IMG/VR virus record: IMGVR_UViG_2923302340_000002
Location: 1-29,281 of that record
Length of the DNA stretch: 29,281 nt
Strand: one strand, 5' to 3'
Source of the DNA: a virus
Taxonomy: Duplodnaviria; Heunggongvirae; Uroviricota; Caudoviricetes
In this document: positions 11,527 through 20,346 of the stretch, piece by piece
Position numbering within the stretch: the stretch's first letter is position 1
How the letters are laid out: each line of letters opens with the position of its first letter
Notes under the pieces: generated by a model
What the model was told of the DNA's origin: nothing
The model's input: the letters and a program-made list of their open reading frames with translations, nothing else
The model's database searches: none
Made by a program: the position numbers and the translations under genes

Positions 11527-11813
11527 GGTTTAATCTTCCCCTCCTTCAGCAGTATCGCCTGCGTCCTGATCACGCCTTCGAGGTGGTAAAGTCTGGCGTC
11601 TTTGTTGTCGAGAATCATTGTGCGTCGGTCGATTTCATCGTGACACGCGCTACAAGCCCATGCGCCGATCAGGTCGTCAGGCTTCATTCCAGTTCCGCAA
11701 ATTCCAGCCATCCGGTAATGTGCCAGAACTGTAGTTTCAGGATTACCATTGCATACGCCGTAAATACGTACCTGGCATTCTCTGCCGCGCGCTTCTTTGC
11801 GTAGGTTAACCAT
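11523..11813 (-). CDS. Nin-region protein with a Cys-rich segment (YbcO/DUF1364-like)
   Basis: 96-aa ORF MVNLRKEARGRECQVRIYGVCNGNPETTVLAHYR...CSACHDEIDRR, common in lambdoid nin regions next to rusA. Confidence 0.6.
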   Translation of the reverse strand: MVNLRKEARGRECQVRIYGVCNGNPETTVLAHYRMAGICGTGMKPDDLIGAWACSACHDEIDRRTMILDNKDARLYHLEGVIRTQAILLKEGKIKP

Positions 11814-12541
11814 TAAGCAGCCTCTCCGGTTACTTTCAGCATTCCGTTATCGAGCAGCTTTCTGGTCAGCCACTGTTGACCACGCCCGGTGATTTTTGTG
11901 GTGAACGATATCTGTATTCCGTGATTTGTGTTGACCGCTGTTTCTTTCACTGCGAAATAGCCGCGATCCATATATTCCTGCATTGGCACATTGCGCCGGG
12001 AACCTGAAGCAATAAGGATTTTGTGATCGCGCATCCACGCAAACAGTTTGTTCGGACCAATTCCAACAACCTTTGCAAAGTTTCCAATCAAAATTCCGCT
12101 GGCCTCGCCAACGCGATCGGCAAACTCAACTTTAGGTGCGGCAATTGCGAGCTGGTTTTCCAGTTGCATTTTCTGCTCAGCAAGATCAGCAGCAAGGCGC
12201 AACGCTTCCGGTAGCGTTTTGGGGATATTAACCGCAGCTTCTTCAAGCTCTCGCCAGCGGTCAACAAGACGAGCGGTGAACTCTGGCGACAACTGGGCAA
12301 CAACAACAATACTATCTCGCTTACCTTGTTCGCCTTCGAAGACGTAATGCTCGTACTGAACATTGAACCCTAAGTTATTGATTCTTTCGGAAACCTCAAT
12401 TTGAGGAAGCCGGATAACACCATTTTTAGCCAGCGTTTCGATGGTACGTTTCACATTGTCATGACGCTTACCTGTAAGCTCAGCGATTTCAATGCTAGTC
12501 ATTTTGATGACATTGCTATTTATCAGCTCGTTCATTGTCAT
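11813..12541 (-). CDS. Phage antirepressor (Rha-like N-terminal domain plus KilA-C/ANT C-terminal domain)
   Basis: N-terminus MTSIEIAELTGKRHDNVKRTIETL is Rha-like. The C-terminal half (NFAKVVGIGPNKLFAWMRDHKIL...) resembles antirepressor KilA-C domains. Confidence 0.7.
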   Translation of the reverse strand: MTMNELINSNVIKMTSIEIAELTGKRHDNVKRTIETLAKNGVIRLPQIEVSERINNLGFNVQYEHYVFEGEQGKRDSIVVVAQLSPEFTARLVDRWRELEEAAVNIPKTLPEALRLAADLAEQKMQLENQLAIAAPKVEFADRVGEASGILIGNFAKVVGIGPNKLFAWMRDHKILIASGSRRNVPMQEYMDRGYFAVKETAVNTNHGIQISFTTKITGRGQQWLTRKLLDNGMLKVTGEAA

Positions 12542-12568
12542 GTCCTCTCATATTGAAAATTCACCAAT

Positions 12569-12590
12569 AAAAAACCCAGCCGAAGCTGGG
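12569..12590 (-). terminator. Intrinsic terminator (bidirectional hairpin) downstream of the KilA-N gene
   Basis: CCCAGC-CGAA-GCTGGG hairpin flanked by an A-run (plus strand 12569-12574) and TTTGTT, giving a U-tract on both strands. Confidence 0.65.
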
Positions 12591-12609
12591 TTTGTTAAGT
12601 TGTCAATTG

Positions 12610-13293
12610 TCAGTAGCGATGCAGTGAAGGAGGTAATTCTTTGTTCTTAAGCCTTATCCATGCGGAAAGATTTGTTGGTCCGTCTGGCTCATTGATATCA
12701 ACATCTCGTGTGTGGTTGATTAAAACGTCTCTCGCCATTCCAATAACATACGAGAACTCATGACCGTAGTCGTAGCATCTGCCGGAATAGTTCGATTGAA
12801 TTTGTTTTAATGCCGGATACAGTTCGCGGAATAATGCCTGTGAGCGGTTGGCATAATCCCATAACCATACAAGGCTGTTTGCTTCTTTTGCGGAAAGCTC
12901 GTTGGTGCTCTTCTCTTGTTTGCCAGTATTTTTCTTGCACTGCCTGAAATAGCAGTCTTCCAGTTTTTCGAACACATCCCACGCCTGATCGGTTTCGAGC
13001 ATTTTGGCGTGACGGGCTGCGCCGCGTTCTGTCCAGAGGATGAGAGAGCGAACGTTGCGGGCAATTTTCACAGACTCGCTTAAAGATAGTCTGTGCTTCA
13101 TACCTCTAAGCTCATCGCCCACTAATTTATAAAAATGCTTACCTTCAATAAAACGTTCAGCGTTTCTGGCGTGATTTTGCTGAATGCGAATCGCTTCTGT
13201 GCCGTAAAGCTGCGCCAAAAGTTCAGTGGTAATAACAGGTATCTGGTTATGGGTGATCGGGGAGAGAGTTTCAACAGAGATTTGAGTTGTCAT
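12610..13293 (-). CDS. KilA-N / ORF6N-domain protein (Roi-like DNA-binding or antirepressor-type protein)
   Basis: N-terminal segment [46 protein letters not shown] matches the KilA-N/ORF6N pattern. The gene is bracketed by terminators, forming its own transcription unit. Confidence 0.55.
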   Translation of the reverse strand: MTTQISVETLSPITHNQIPVITTELLAQLYGTEAIRIQQNHARNAERFIEGKHFYKLVGDELRGMKHRLSLSESVKIARNVRSLILWTERGAARHAKMLETDQAWDVFEKLEDCYFRQCKKNTGKQEKSTNELSAKEANSLVWLWDYANRSQALFRELYPALKQIQSNYSGRCYDYGHEFSYVIGMARDVLINHTRDVDINEPDGPTNLSAWIRLKNKELPPSLHRY

Positions 13294-13453
13294 AATGACG
13301 CCCTCTGGTGGTTTCTAAATAACCCACCACCGACGATGCCAATCATCTGGTGGTGAACTGTGCAGGGTTGGCATAACCGGGAAACCGACCGGCGCGGATC
13401 TCTCCGCCCCCACACAGCCCACCATAATTCAGATGTGCGCGTGCATACGACAA

Positions 13454-13476
13454 TAAAAAACACGCTCGCGGCGTGT
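13454..13476 (-). terminator. Candidate intrinsic terminator in the nin region
   Basis: Minus-strand hairpin ACACGC-CGCGAG-CGTGT followed by UUUUUUAUUG. Confidence 0.5.
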
Positions 13477-13572
13477 ATCTGTCGCGGTTTCTATCCGGGA
13501 TGCCAATCCCGACGCCAGATTTTGCTGGCGTGTGAGGAATATAGCCCCGGATAAATCATCGCGTCAATCCCC

Positions 13573-13749
13573 TTATTTCCTCGCACGATGTCTTATCCAC
13601 CGGATATCCCACAGGTGAGCCGTGTAATTGAAGGTTTTTACGTCAGATTCTTTTGGGATTGGCTTGCGTTTATTTCTGGAGCGTTTCGTTGGAAGGTATT
13701 TGCAGTTTTCGCAGATGATGTCGGTGATACTTCGTCGCTGTCGTCTCAT
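13573..13749 (-). CDS. ninE: NinE (58 aa; not in the supplied ORF track because it is under 60 aa)
   Basis: Manual translation of the minus strand gives [58 protein letters not shown], matching lambda NinE. Its ATG overlaps the ninB stop (ATGA). Confidence 0.8.
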   Translation of the reverse strand: MRRQRRSITDIICENCKYLPTKRSRNKRKPIPKESDVKTFNYTAHLWDIRWIRHRARK

Positions 13750-14156
13750 TCGTACCTCCTGTCGGTAAATCTGACACCATGACCAATAGCCCAGGCTGTT
13801 GTGTACTCGATAAGACTTGCCATACGCTTCACACTCATCTGCGCGCTGCTTTCGCGAATGTTGACGTATTCGCCTTCAAGCCCGGGCAAAACATCAGCTT
13901 CCTGTTTTGTTGCCACTGCATGACCGCTGATCAACAAAACCTTCCATTGTTCTGGTTTTAACCATTTGCCGCACCATTGAACCTGACGAGCGATATCCGC
14001 CAGCATCGCGTGAAATTTTGCGTTCTGGTCAAGGTTGCGCTTGTAGTCAGTAATGCGGATGGTGACTGGCTTGTCTTTATCGAGTGGTGTTGCGAGGATG
14101 GCATTTATTGCAGCTTGCTGTTGTTGCTTAGTTCGGAGGAAGATTGTTTGCTTCAT
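13746..14156 (-). CDS. ninB: NinB (recombination protein, Orf-family)
   Basis: 136-aa ORF with [31 protein letters not shown], resembling lambda NinB (LDQNRKLWACLGDVSRQVEWHGRWL). Confidence 0.85.
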   Translation of the reverse strand: MKQTIFLRTKQQQQAAINAILATPLDKDKPVTIRITDYKRNLDQNAKFHAMLADIARQVQWCGKWLKPEQWKVLLISGHAVATKQEADVLPGLEGEYVNIRESSAQMSVKRMASLIEYTTAWAIGHGVRFTDRRYE

Positions 14157-14484
14157 CGAAATTCTTCTCTTTAATTCCAGCGGCTCTGATAGCTTTCATT
14201 ACTGCAATTACCGTTTTGTCTCTCCCATCCTCATAACCCATCGCATAAGCACCTTCTTCACCATCTTTCCAAAAGTCGTCATTCGATTCGGGCCAGTCGA
14301 TATCCAGTTCAATAGCTGCTCGCGATGCCTGCCATAAAGCCCACCACTCATTTAAGGAGTGACGAATATCCATACTTGAAAATGCGAAGTACCTATCACC
14401 ATTTCTTGCCTCGGTTATCATCTCGAATGGTAATCTCAATTTTTTGGCAACGTATTCTTCAAACTGCTTTCTTGATTCGTCCAT
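14128..14484 (-). CDS. Hypothetical acidic protein (118 aa)
   Basis: ORF in the operon series between ren and ninB. No recognisable motif. Confidence 0.45.
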   Translation of the reverse strand: MDESRKQFEEYVAKKLRLPFEMITEARNGDRYFAFSSMDIRHSLNEWWALWQASRAAIELDIDWPESNDDFWKDGEEGAYAMGYEDGRDKTVIAVMKAIRAAGIKEKNFDEANNLPPN

Positions 14485-14495
14485 ATCAATCCCCG

Positions 14496-14696
14496 TTATG
14501 ACAGGTTAATTTTCACCCAACCCTTCCCACGCACATTTGCAACAAGCCATTTCTTTCTCAGGTATTGCATACGACGATCGATGGTTTCGATATACATTCC
14601 ATTGCTCCGCCATTTAAGCCAGATATCAAAAACAGGTGTTGGTCTTTCACTCAGCATTGAAAGAATGTTTTGATCTAATTTTTCGTACTTGCTCAC
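14496..14696 (-). CDS. Hypothetical small protein (66 aa)
   Basis: ORF tightly packed between neighbours (its start overlaps the upstream stop). Confidence 0.4.
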   Translation of the reverse strand: MSKYEKLDQNILSMLSERPTPVFDIWLKWRSNGMYIETIDRRMQYLRKKWLVANVRGKGWVKINLS

Positions 14697-15019
14697 AAAT
14701 ACCCTCTCTCACTTAATCGCGCCCACGCTTCGTTAAACTCTTCTCGGGTTGCGCCGGATTTTCTTTCTTCAAACATCATGCATTCGCTGATGTCTCCCCA
14801 TGACTTTGGTCGCTTTTCAGCGAACAGATCATCCCATTCGAATACCCAGCGGCCTGATTTTCGGTAGTGGTAAATGGTCAGCCATGTTGTGCTGTTCGCT
14901 GGATACCCATAGAGAACTTCGACTTTTTGATCACGGTCTTTATGCTTCTTCAGCAGGATAAAGCCAGCAACCAGCGAAGCTCCGGCAAGAATGATGATTG
15001 GAATTTGCCAGTCAGCCAC
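14693..15019 (-). CDS. Hypothetical protein with an N-terminal transmembrane helix (108 aa)
   Basis: Hydrophobic N-terminal segment IPIIILAGASLVAGFILL followed by a soluble domain. Its stop overlaps the next gene's start. Confidence 0.45.
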   Translation of the reverse strand: MADWQIPIIILAGASLVAGFILLKKHKDRDQKVEVLYGYPANSTTWLTIYHYRKSGRWVFEWDDLFAEKRPKSWGDISECMMFEERKSGATREEFNEAWARLSERGYL

Positions 15020-15031
15020 GTTTACCTCCGC

Positions 15032-15238
15032 TTAACTCACAAAACGCCACGCCATTTTTGCTACAGCGACAGGCATAACACCGATAATCACCCAGACAAA
15101 TGTAGCGCCAAACAACGTATACCATGGGTCTTTACCGTCATTCACAAGACGAATGTAGCTATGCAGAACAATAAAAAACGTCAGAAGAATCCATCCAACG
15201 CCAACGCATTTTAGTGCGACGAGCATAAACTCAGCCAC
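15032..15238 (-). CDS. Small two-helix membrane protein (68 aa)
   Basis: Two hydrophobic segments (VGVGWILLTFFIVL and ATFVWVIIGVMPVAV). First gene after the terminator that follows ren. Confidence 0.4.
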   Translation of the reverse strand: MAEFMLVALKCVGVGWILLTFFIVLHSYIRLVNDGKDPWYTLFGATFVWVIIGVMPVAVAKMAWRFVS

Positions 15239-15253
15239 GATTTACTCTCCCCC

Positions 15254-15285
15254 AAATAAAAAGGCCTGCGATTACCAGCAGGCCT
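15254..15285 (-). terminator. Intrinsic terminator downstream of ren (tR2-like position)
   Basis: Minus strand AGGCCUGC-UGGUAAUC-GCAGGCCU hairpin followed by UUUUUAUUUGGGGG. Confidence 0.6.
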
Positions 15286-15310
15286 GTTACAAGCTCAGTG
15301 ATGTAGATGG

Positions 15311-15601
15311 TCATCTTTTAACTCCATATACTGCCAATACCCGTTTCATCGCGGCACTCTGGCGACACTCCTTAAAAATCAGGTTCGTGCTCATCTTTCC
15401 TTCCCGTTCTTCCTTGGTAGCAAACCGGTAATACACCGTTCGCCAGACCTTACCTTCGATAACCAGAAGACCTGCCCGTGCCATTTTAGCCGCGGCCTGA
15501 TTTATGCTGGTTACTGTTGCGCCTGTTAGCGCGGCAACGTCCGGCGCACAGAAGCTATTATGCGTCCCCAGGTAATGAATAATTGCCTCTTTGCCCGTCA
15601 T
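15311..15601 (-). CDS. ren: Ren protein
   Basis: 96-aa ORF MTGKEAIIHYLGTHNSFCAPDVAALTGATVTSINQAAAKMARAGLLVIEGKVWRTVYY, matching lambda Ren. Confidence 0.9.
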   Translation of the reverse strand: MTGKEAIIHYLGTHNSFCAPDVAALTGATVTSINQAAAKMARAGLLVIEGKVWRTVYYRFATKEEREGKMSTNLIFKECRQSAAMKRVLAVYGVKR

Positions 15602-16299
15602 ACACTTGCTCCTTTCAGTCCGAACTTAGCTTTGATTTCTGCGATCTTCGCCAGAGCCTGTGCACGATTTAGAGGTCTACCGCCCATGACAGGAAGTTGT
15701 TTTACTGGTTCAGGGATCGCCTCACCACGGTTAATTCTCGCAGTCATATGGACAAGCTCATCTGCGGCCTTACGGCGTAATTCCGCATCAGTAAGCGCAT
15801 TGGCCCGCATGTTCTGATACAGGTTGGTAACCAGCCAGTAGTGCGCGTTTGATTTCCACGGATAAGACTCCGCATCCGGATACAGGCCTCGCTTCCGGCA
15901 ATACTCGTAAACCATATCAACCAGCTCGCTGACGTTTGGCAGTCCGGCGATAACGGATGCTTCTTCCCGGCACCATGCAACAAACTGCCCGGGTGATGGC
16001 AGAAATGGTCGATTCTGCCGACGGGCTACGCGCATTCCTGCGTTAACCTGTTCCATTGTGGTGATCCCGTTTTCCCGGAAAGCCAGAACCCACTGGCGGC
16101 GGATTTCGTTCAGTTCGTTCTGGTCACGGTTAGCCAGACTCGCCGGGAAAGTTGCCAGTAACTGGCTGAACACACCGTTGATGATCTGCGCTACCTGCTG
16201 TACCTGCGGCTTTTCGTCGTACTGTTCCGGCATGTTGTTGGCGATCCGACGCATCTGCTCACGGTCAAAGTTAACCATCTGTGCGGCGATGTTTTTCAT
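15598..16299 (-). CDS. P: Replication protein P (DnaB helicase loader)
   Basis: 233-aa ORF MKNIAAQMVNFDREQMRRIANNMPEQYDEKPQVQQVAQIINGVFSQLLATFPASLANRDQNELNEIRRQW, same length and sequence pattern as lambda P. Confidence 0.95.
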   Translation of the reverse strand: MKNIAAQMVNFDREQMRRIANNMPEQYDEKPQVQQVAQIINGVFSQLLATFPASLANRDQNELNEIRRQWVLAFRENGITTMEQVNAGMRVARRQNRPFLPSPGQFVAWCREEASVIAGLPNVSELVDMVYEYCRKRGLYPDAESYPWKSNAHYWLVTNLYQNMRANALTDAELRRKAADELVHMTARINRGEAIPEPVKQLPVMGGRPLNRAQALAKIAEIKAKFGLKGASV

Positions 16300-17195
16300 A
16301 GATCCACCCCGTAAATCCAGTCTGTGTTTGTCAGGTCGAGTTTTGGTTTGCTGGCTGTCACGCCTGCCTGTTGCTTGTTACGGTTGATTTCGAGCTGGGT
16401 CCACTTGTCGCGGAGTTTGGCCGGGCTAAGCACGTTACCGGACCAGAAGTTGTCCTGGCATGCCCAGCGGAACAGCACGCACATGTCGCGGTGGTTACGT
16501 CCGTCACGTTCACGCATCAGGCGGATATCGTTAGCCCACCCTGCAAAATTCGGTTTTCTGGCTGATGGCGCGATGGTCTTCACCATGTCAAACATCCACT
16601 CTGCGGCGGTCAGGTCTTCTGCTGTTCCCCACTTGCTGCCGCTCTGAATTGCAGCATCCGGTTTAACCACAGAAAGATCGTTTTCTGGCTGGTCAGAGGA
16701 TTCGCCAGAATTCTCGGACGAATAATCTTTTCTTTTTTCTTTTGTAATAGTGTCTTTTGTGCCCCCTTGTTTTGAGGGATAGCAATCCCCCAATTTGAGG
16801 GATGTTTTATCCCTCGTTTTAGGGGATTTTCCCTCGTTTTGAGGGATACACCATTCTGAGATGTTTTTATTTGGTCCAAACATGCCGCCTTGCTGCTTGA
16901 TAATATTCATTCTGACGAGTTCTAACTTGGCTTCATTGCACCGTTTGACAGGTAACTTTGTAATCTCGCTAAGTTGAGAATCGGTGATTCTGTCCATTGG
17001 TTTATTCCACCCATAGGTTTTACGCAGAATGGCAAGCAGCACTTTAAACTGTCGCTTGGTCAGATCTGCGCCCGAATAAGCCTCAAGCAGCATATTTGAT
17101 AGTCTGGCGTAACCATCATCGAGATCTGCCACATTACGCTCCTGTTCGGCAAAGTTACCTCTGCCGAAGTTGAGTATTTTTGCTGTATTTGTCAT
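16296..17195 (-). CDS. O: Replication initiator O
   Basis: 299-aa ORF MTNTAKILNFGRGNFAEQERNVADLDDGYARLSNMLLEAYSGADLTKRQFKVLLAILRKTYGWNKPMDRI, matching lambda O. The gene contains the ori iterons. Confidence 0.95.
   Translation of the reverse strand: MTNTAKILNFGRGNFAEQERNVADLDDGYARLSNMLLEAYSGADLTKRQFKVLLAILRKTYGWNKPMDRITDSQLSEITKLPVKRCNEAKLELVRMNIIKQQGGMFGPNKNISEWCIPQNEGKSPKTRDKTSLKLGDCYPSKQGGTKDTITKEKRKDYSSENSGESSDQPENDLSVVKPDAAIQSGSKWGTAEDLTAAEWMFDMVKTIAPSARKPNFAGWANDIRLMRERDGRNHRDMCVLFRWACQDNFWSGNVLSPAKLRDKWTQLEINRNKQQAGVTASKPKLDLTNTDWIYGVDL
16700..16850. repeat. ori-lambda: four about 18-bp iterons plus the adjacent AT-rich region, inside the O gene
   Basis: Iterons of the form TCCCTCAAA(A/T)(C/T)G(A/G)GGGA read directly: ccccttgttttgaggga, tcccccaatttgaggga, atccctcgttttagggga, tccctcgttttgaggga (about 16762-16848). 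Next to them is an A/T-rich purine tract. Confidence 0.85.
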
Positions 17196-17227
17196 AATGA
17201 CTCCTGTTGATAGATCCAGTAATGACC

Positions 17228-17524
17228 TCAGAACTCCATCTGGATTTGTTCAGAACGCTCGGTTGCCGCCGGGCGTTTTTTATTGGTGAGTCCATCAAGC
17301 GCATACTTAAAAGCCCTGCTAATCGGACTGATGTCTGATGCCATTCCGAAAGCACACAAGACCGAAGCAATAAATCTCCAGTCAGTTCTGCTTATCTTCG
17401 ATTCATGACAGCCAATCATCTTTGCCAGACCGCGCTGGGTAAGCGTTGACAGGTTGATGAGTAAATCTGTTTCTGCGCGATCAACGTCGCGCTGTGATAG
17501 TTTGCTGTAACTTGTTTGTTCCAT
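17228..17524 (-). CDS. cII: CII-like transcriptional activator (lambda-type C-terminus, different N-terminal domain)
   Basis: 98-aa ORF ending LTNKKRPAATERSEQIQMEF, the lambda CII C-terminus as I recall it. The N-terminal DNA-binding part differs from lambda. Confidence 0.8.
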   Translation of the reverse strand: MEQTSYSKLSQRDVDRAETDLLINLSTLTQRGLAKMIGCHESKISRTDWRFIASVLCAFGMASDISPISRAFKYALDGLTNKKRPAATERSEQIQMEF

Positions 17525-17622
17525 TTCTTAAGATTTCCAATAGTGAATAGTTAGTTGAAAGGTATAGTTGAAAGGTATGCGTGGAAACGCATATGGCCTT
17601 AGTTAGTCAGATATCTTGGGAC

Positions 17623-17668
17623 TCGCTTTTCAGCGACGTAGGACGAATGTCCGTTGTTACAAAGAGCG
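17623..17668 (-). promoter_or_regulatory. nutR candidate (boxA-like CGCTCTTTG and boxB hairpin UCGC-UGAAAA-GCGA)
   Basis: Minus strand CCGCUCUUUGUAAC ... GUCGCUGAAAAGCGAGUC between cro and cII. The boxB loop GAAAA matches the nutL candidate (UGGC-UGAAAA-GCCA). Confidence 0.5.
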
Positions 17669-17675
17669 GGGTTAC

Positions 17676-17903
17676 TTATGCTGCCAGAAGATTCTTTTTG
17701 CTTATTTCAAGCAATTCGCTTGCTTGATATTTGCCACCAGAAATCTCTTCGATTTTTGAGGCGTATTTCGTTTTCCCAAAAAACTCAGTCTTAGGGAGGA
17801 AGCCGTTTTTGAGCCACTTATAGACAGCCCTTTCGCTAACTCCACAAGCCTTCGCAACTTCAGGGATGCCGACACTCTTAATCGGCTCATCAAGATTTTG
17901 CAT
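17676..17903 (-). CDS. cro: Cro-like repressor (75 aa, helix-turn-helix)
   Basis: Small HTH protein (GIPEVAKACGVSERAVYKWLKNG) transcribed divergently from cI, separated from it by a 77-bp operator region. Confidence 0.75.
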   Translation of the reverse strand: MQNLDEPIKSVGIPEVAKACGVSERAVYKWLKNGFLPKTEFFGKTKYASKIEEISGGKYQASELLEISKKNLLAA

Positions 17904-17980
17904 AGGAATACCTCTTTCGTACTTTCAGTACGTATTATGGTTGAACTGAAAGTTTTTGCAAGTGCTTTAGTATCGTACTC
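17904..17980. promoter_or_regulatory. OR / pR / pRM divergent operator-promoter region
   Basis: 77-bp cI-cro intergenic region with a GTAC...GTAC partial palindrome (CGTACTTTCAGTACG). The motif TTTCGTACTT recurs in the presumed OL region (about 20558). Confidence 0.5.
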
Positions 17981-18688
17981 ATGGTTCAGAATGAAAAAGT
18001 GCGCAAAGAATTCGCCCAGCGGCTAGCGCAAGCCTGTAAAGAAGCTGGTCTTGATGAACATGGTAGGGGAATGGCCATAGCCCGTGCCCTTTCTCTTTCG
18101 TCCAAAGGCGTTAGCAAATGGTTTAATGCTGAGTCTTTACCGCGTCAGGAAAAAATGAATGCGCTTGCGAAATTTCTAAACGTTGATGTTGTTTGGCTTC
18201 AGCACGGCACTTCGTTAAATGGAGCGAATGATGAAGATACTCTTTCATTTGTTGGCAAATTAAAAAAAGGGTTAGTGCGCGTGGTTGGTGAGGCAATTCT
18301 TGGTGTTGATGGTGCCATCGAGATGACCGAAGAGCGCGATGGGTGGCTCAAGATTTATAGCGATGATCCAGATGCCTTTGGTCTTCGTGTGAAAGGAGAC
18401 AGCATGTGGCCTAGAATAAAATCAGGAGAATATGTACTCATTGAGCCTAACACCAAAGTATTCCCGGGTGATGAGGTGTTTGTCAGAACCGTTGAAGGAC
18501 ACAACATGATTAAGGTTCTTGGCTATGACAGAGATGGAGAATACCAATTTACAAGCATCAACCAAGACCACAGGCCAATAACGTTGCCTTATCATCAAGT
18601 AGCAAAGGTGGAGTATGTGGCTGGTATTCTGAAGCAATCTCGCCATCTGGATGACATCGAGGCAAGGGAGTGGCTGAAAAGTTCGTGA
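17981..18688 (+). CDS. cI: CI repressor (HTH domain plus LexA-like S24 autopeptidase domain), immunity type not lambda
   Basis: 235-aa ORF with an N-terminal HTH region and a C-terminal LexA-like S24 peptidase-like segment (VKGDSMWPRIKSGEYVLIEPN...). Divergent from cro. Confidence 0.85.
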   Translation: MVQNEKVRKEFAQRLAQACKEAGLDEHGRGMAIARALSLSSKGVSKWFNAESLPRQEKMNALAKFLNVDVVWLQHGTSLNGANDEDTLSFVGKLKKGLVRVVGEAILGVDGAIEMTEERDGWLKIYSDDPDAFGLRVKGDSMWPRIKSGEYVLIEPNTKVFPGDEVFVRTVEGHNMIKVLGYDRDGEYQFTSINQDHRPITLPYHQVAKVEYVAGILKQSRHLDDIEAREWLKSS

Positions 18689-18793
18689 CTTCATCGTCAC
18701 ATAGCTGATAGTCAGTGGCCTAAAAAGACGTTTGGGTCGTGAATTAGTTTTCAAACATCTATGTTTGGTGCCTATATCTAGGAAAAATAGGTT

Positions 18794-19531
18794 TTGCAAA
18801 ATAACTATCTACAGGTTATAGCCTATACTAGGCGCATGAATGATGGTATGACCAAGCCATTCCTTTGTACTTGCCAAGATGGGCTGGCTTACATAGTTAA
18901 AGGAAGGCCAAAACTTCGCCAAAAAGAGCTTGTAGCAGAATTTATTGCCGCCCATCTAGCAAAACAGATAGGTCTGCCATGTCCTGATTTTTGCATTGTT
19001 GATGTTGATTGTGGGTTAATCGAGTTCATGCCTGACTTGCGTGGTGAGCTTTTGCCTGGACCTGCATTTGCTACCCGCTTTATTGAAAATGCATCAATCA
19101 TAAATATTCAACAAGCAAGGAGTGCTGTAACCATTCAGGAACAAAAGAAAATATTCTTCTTTGACCGCTGGATAAACAACGCAGACAGATCATTGACTGA
19201 CATTGGTGGTAATGTAAACATAATTTACGATGCATTTAACAATAGGTATTACCTGATTGACCATAATCTGGCGTTCGCGCAGGATACAAGATCTCATGAG
19301 TATGATGTCCATGTGTATTCGCCGAATGGAAGACCGTGGGTTTTCGACATGCTCGACGAACCCGAACTGATGGATCTTGCAAATGATGCTATTAGTTCAG
19401 TAGAGGAGAAATTTAATCAGCTTCCGGATGAGTGGTTTTCAACCGATGAAGAACGAAGGCTAATGCTGAATGAGATAATGAACTGCCTGAACAGAGTGCA
19501 CGACAGAGAGTTTTGGAGTAACATCAAATGA
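18794..19531 (+). CDS. Kinase-like protein (tentative HipA-like / atypical kinase fold) at the rexA-equivalent position; the true start may be the internal ATG at 18836
   Basis: Same strand as cI and 105 bp downstream of it. Contains WINNADRSLTDIGGNVNIIYD ... YYLIDHNLAF, resembling a kinase catalytic loop (D...N) followed about 20 residues later by a DFG-like IDHN. Motif-level resemblance only. Confidence 0.4.
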   Translation: MQNNYLQVIAYTRRMNDGMTKPFLCTCQDGLAYIVKGRPKLRQKELVAEFIAAHLAKQIGLPCPDFCIVDVDCGLIEFMPDLRGELLPGPAFATRFIENASIINIQQARSAVTIQEQKKIFFFDRWINNADRSLTDIGGNVNIIYDAFNNRYYLIDHNLAFAQDTRSHEYDVHVYSPNGRPWVFDMLDEPELMDLANDAISSVEEKFNQLPDEWFSTDEERRLMLNEIMNCLNRVHDREFWSNIK

Positions 19532-20346
19532 CCACACCATGCCTGTATAGCATTATTAGATATGCTCCATATGCAGAAACCGAAGAGTTTGCTAATGTCG
19601 GTGTGGTTCTTTGTGCCCCGAAATTAGGTCAGTTTTGCTTTAAACTGACCCAAAGCAACAATGCCAGAGTAAAAAACTTTTTTCAGGATGAAATCATTTT
19701 CCCTCACGCGAGGGATGCAATTGCAAGAGAGCTAAAATTTGCTCAAGAGCAAAGTTATAAATTCAATTCTCCTGAAAAATTAGCAAATTTTTTCAACTAC
19801 TTAATTGGCAGGAAAGAGTCAATCATTCATTTTAGCTCTGCAAGAGTTGCAATGTCTGCTTGTCCACAAGACATGATGCACATACTTTTTAATAAGTTTG
19901 TACATCATTCAGAAATAACAAAAGAATCTCGTGAGACCATCCTGACGAGAGAGCTTAAGCATCGTTTCTCTCATTATAACGAACTCAGGAACGCCTTTAA
20001 AAAGGAAATGCTTGGTGGTGAACTAACGCGGTTTTCTGTACCATTTGTTGCCCGTCACGATGGAGAGATTTTATGTGCTATCAAACCCCTAACATTCACT
20101 CAGGACAAGCCTGAGAAAATGTTGGAGCACTGCGACTCTTGGACGGCCAAAATTCTGCGCGCCGCCAGTGAAAAAATTTTATCTGTCTCAAATGTGTTAT
20201 TTACGATAGATGCACCTCGCCAGCCAAGTGAGCTTGAGGTAAAAGCGATGAGTGAGATTCGTAAGACATTCGATGAGAAAGGTATAAATCACGTAGAGCA
20301 TCAGGATGAAGCATCAATAGTAAAGTTTGCTAAGCAAGCAATTTAA
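19528..20346 (+). CDS. Hypothetical 272-aa protein, translationally coupled partner of the kinase-like gene (rexB-equivalent position)
   Basis: Its start overlaps the upstream stop (ATGA at 19528-19531). It is followed directly by a strong intrinsic terminator. No recognised motif. Confidence 0.4.
   Translation: MTTPCLYSIIRYAPYAETEEFANVGVVLCAPKLGQFCFKLTQSNNARVKNFFQDEIIFPHARDAIARELKFAQEQSYKFNSPEKLANFFNYLIGRKESIIHFSSARVAMSACPQDMMHILFNKFVHHSEITKESRETILTRELKHRFSHYNELRNAFKKEMLGGELTRFSVPFVARHDGEILCAIKPLTFTQDKPEKMLEHCDSWTAKILRAASEKILSVSNVLFTIDAPRQPSELEVKAMSEIRKTFDEKGINHVEHQDEASIVKFAKQAI

Noticed and set aside
12758-13064. Two minus-strand ORFs (74 and 85 aa) nested in the KilA-N gene
   Set aside because: Alternative frames of a longer gene that is supported by its domain pattern.
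13294-13572. Additional small nin genes (ninF or ninD-like) between ninE and the KilA-N gene
   Set aside because: Manual translation gave only short frames of 21-35 codons with no resemblance I could recognise. The interval does contain a terminator hairpin, so I treat it as regulatory rather than coding.
17155-17370. 71-aa minus-strand ORF overlapping the O/cII junction
   Set aside because: It overlaps the cII-like gene in another frame and the start of O. The cII assignment is supported by its C-terminus.
18422-18799. 125-aa minus-strand ORF overlapping the 3' end of cI
   Set aside because: Antisense to the cI C-terminal peptidase-like domain, which is well supported. No start context.
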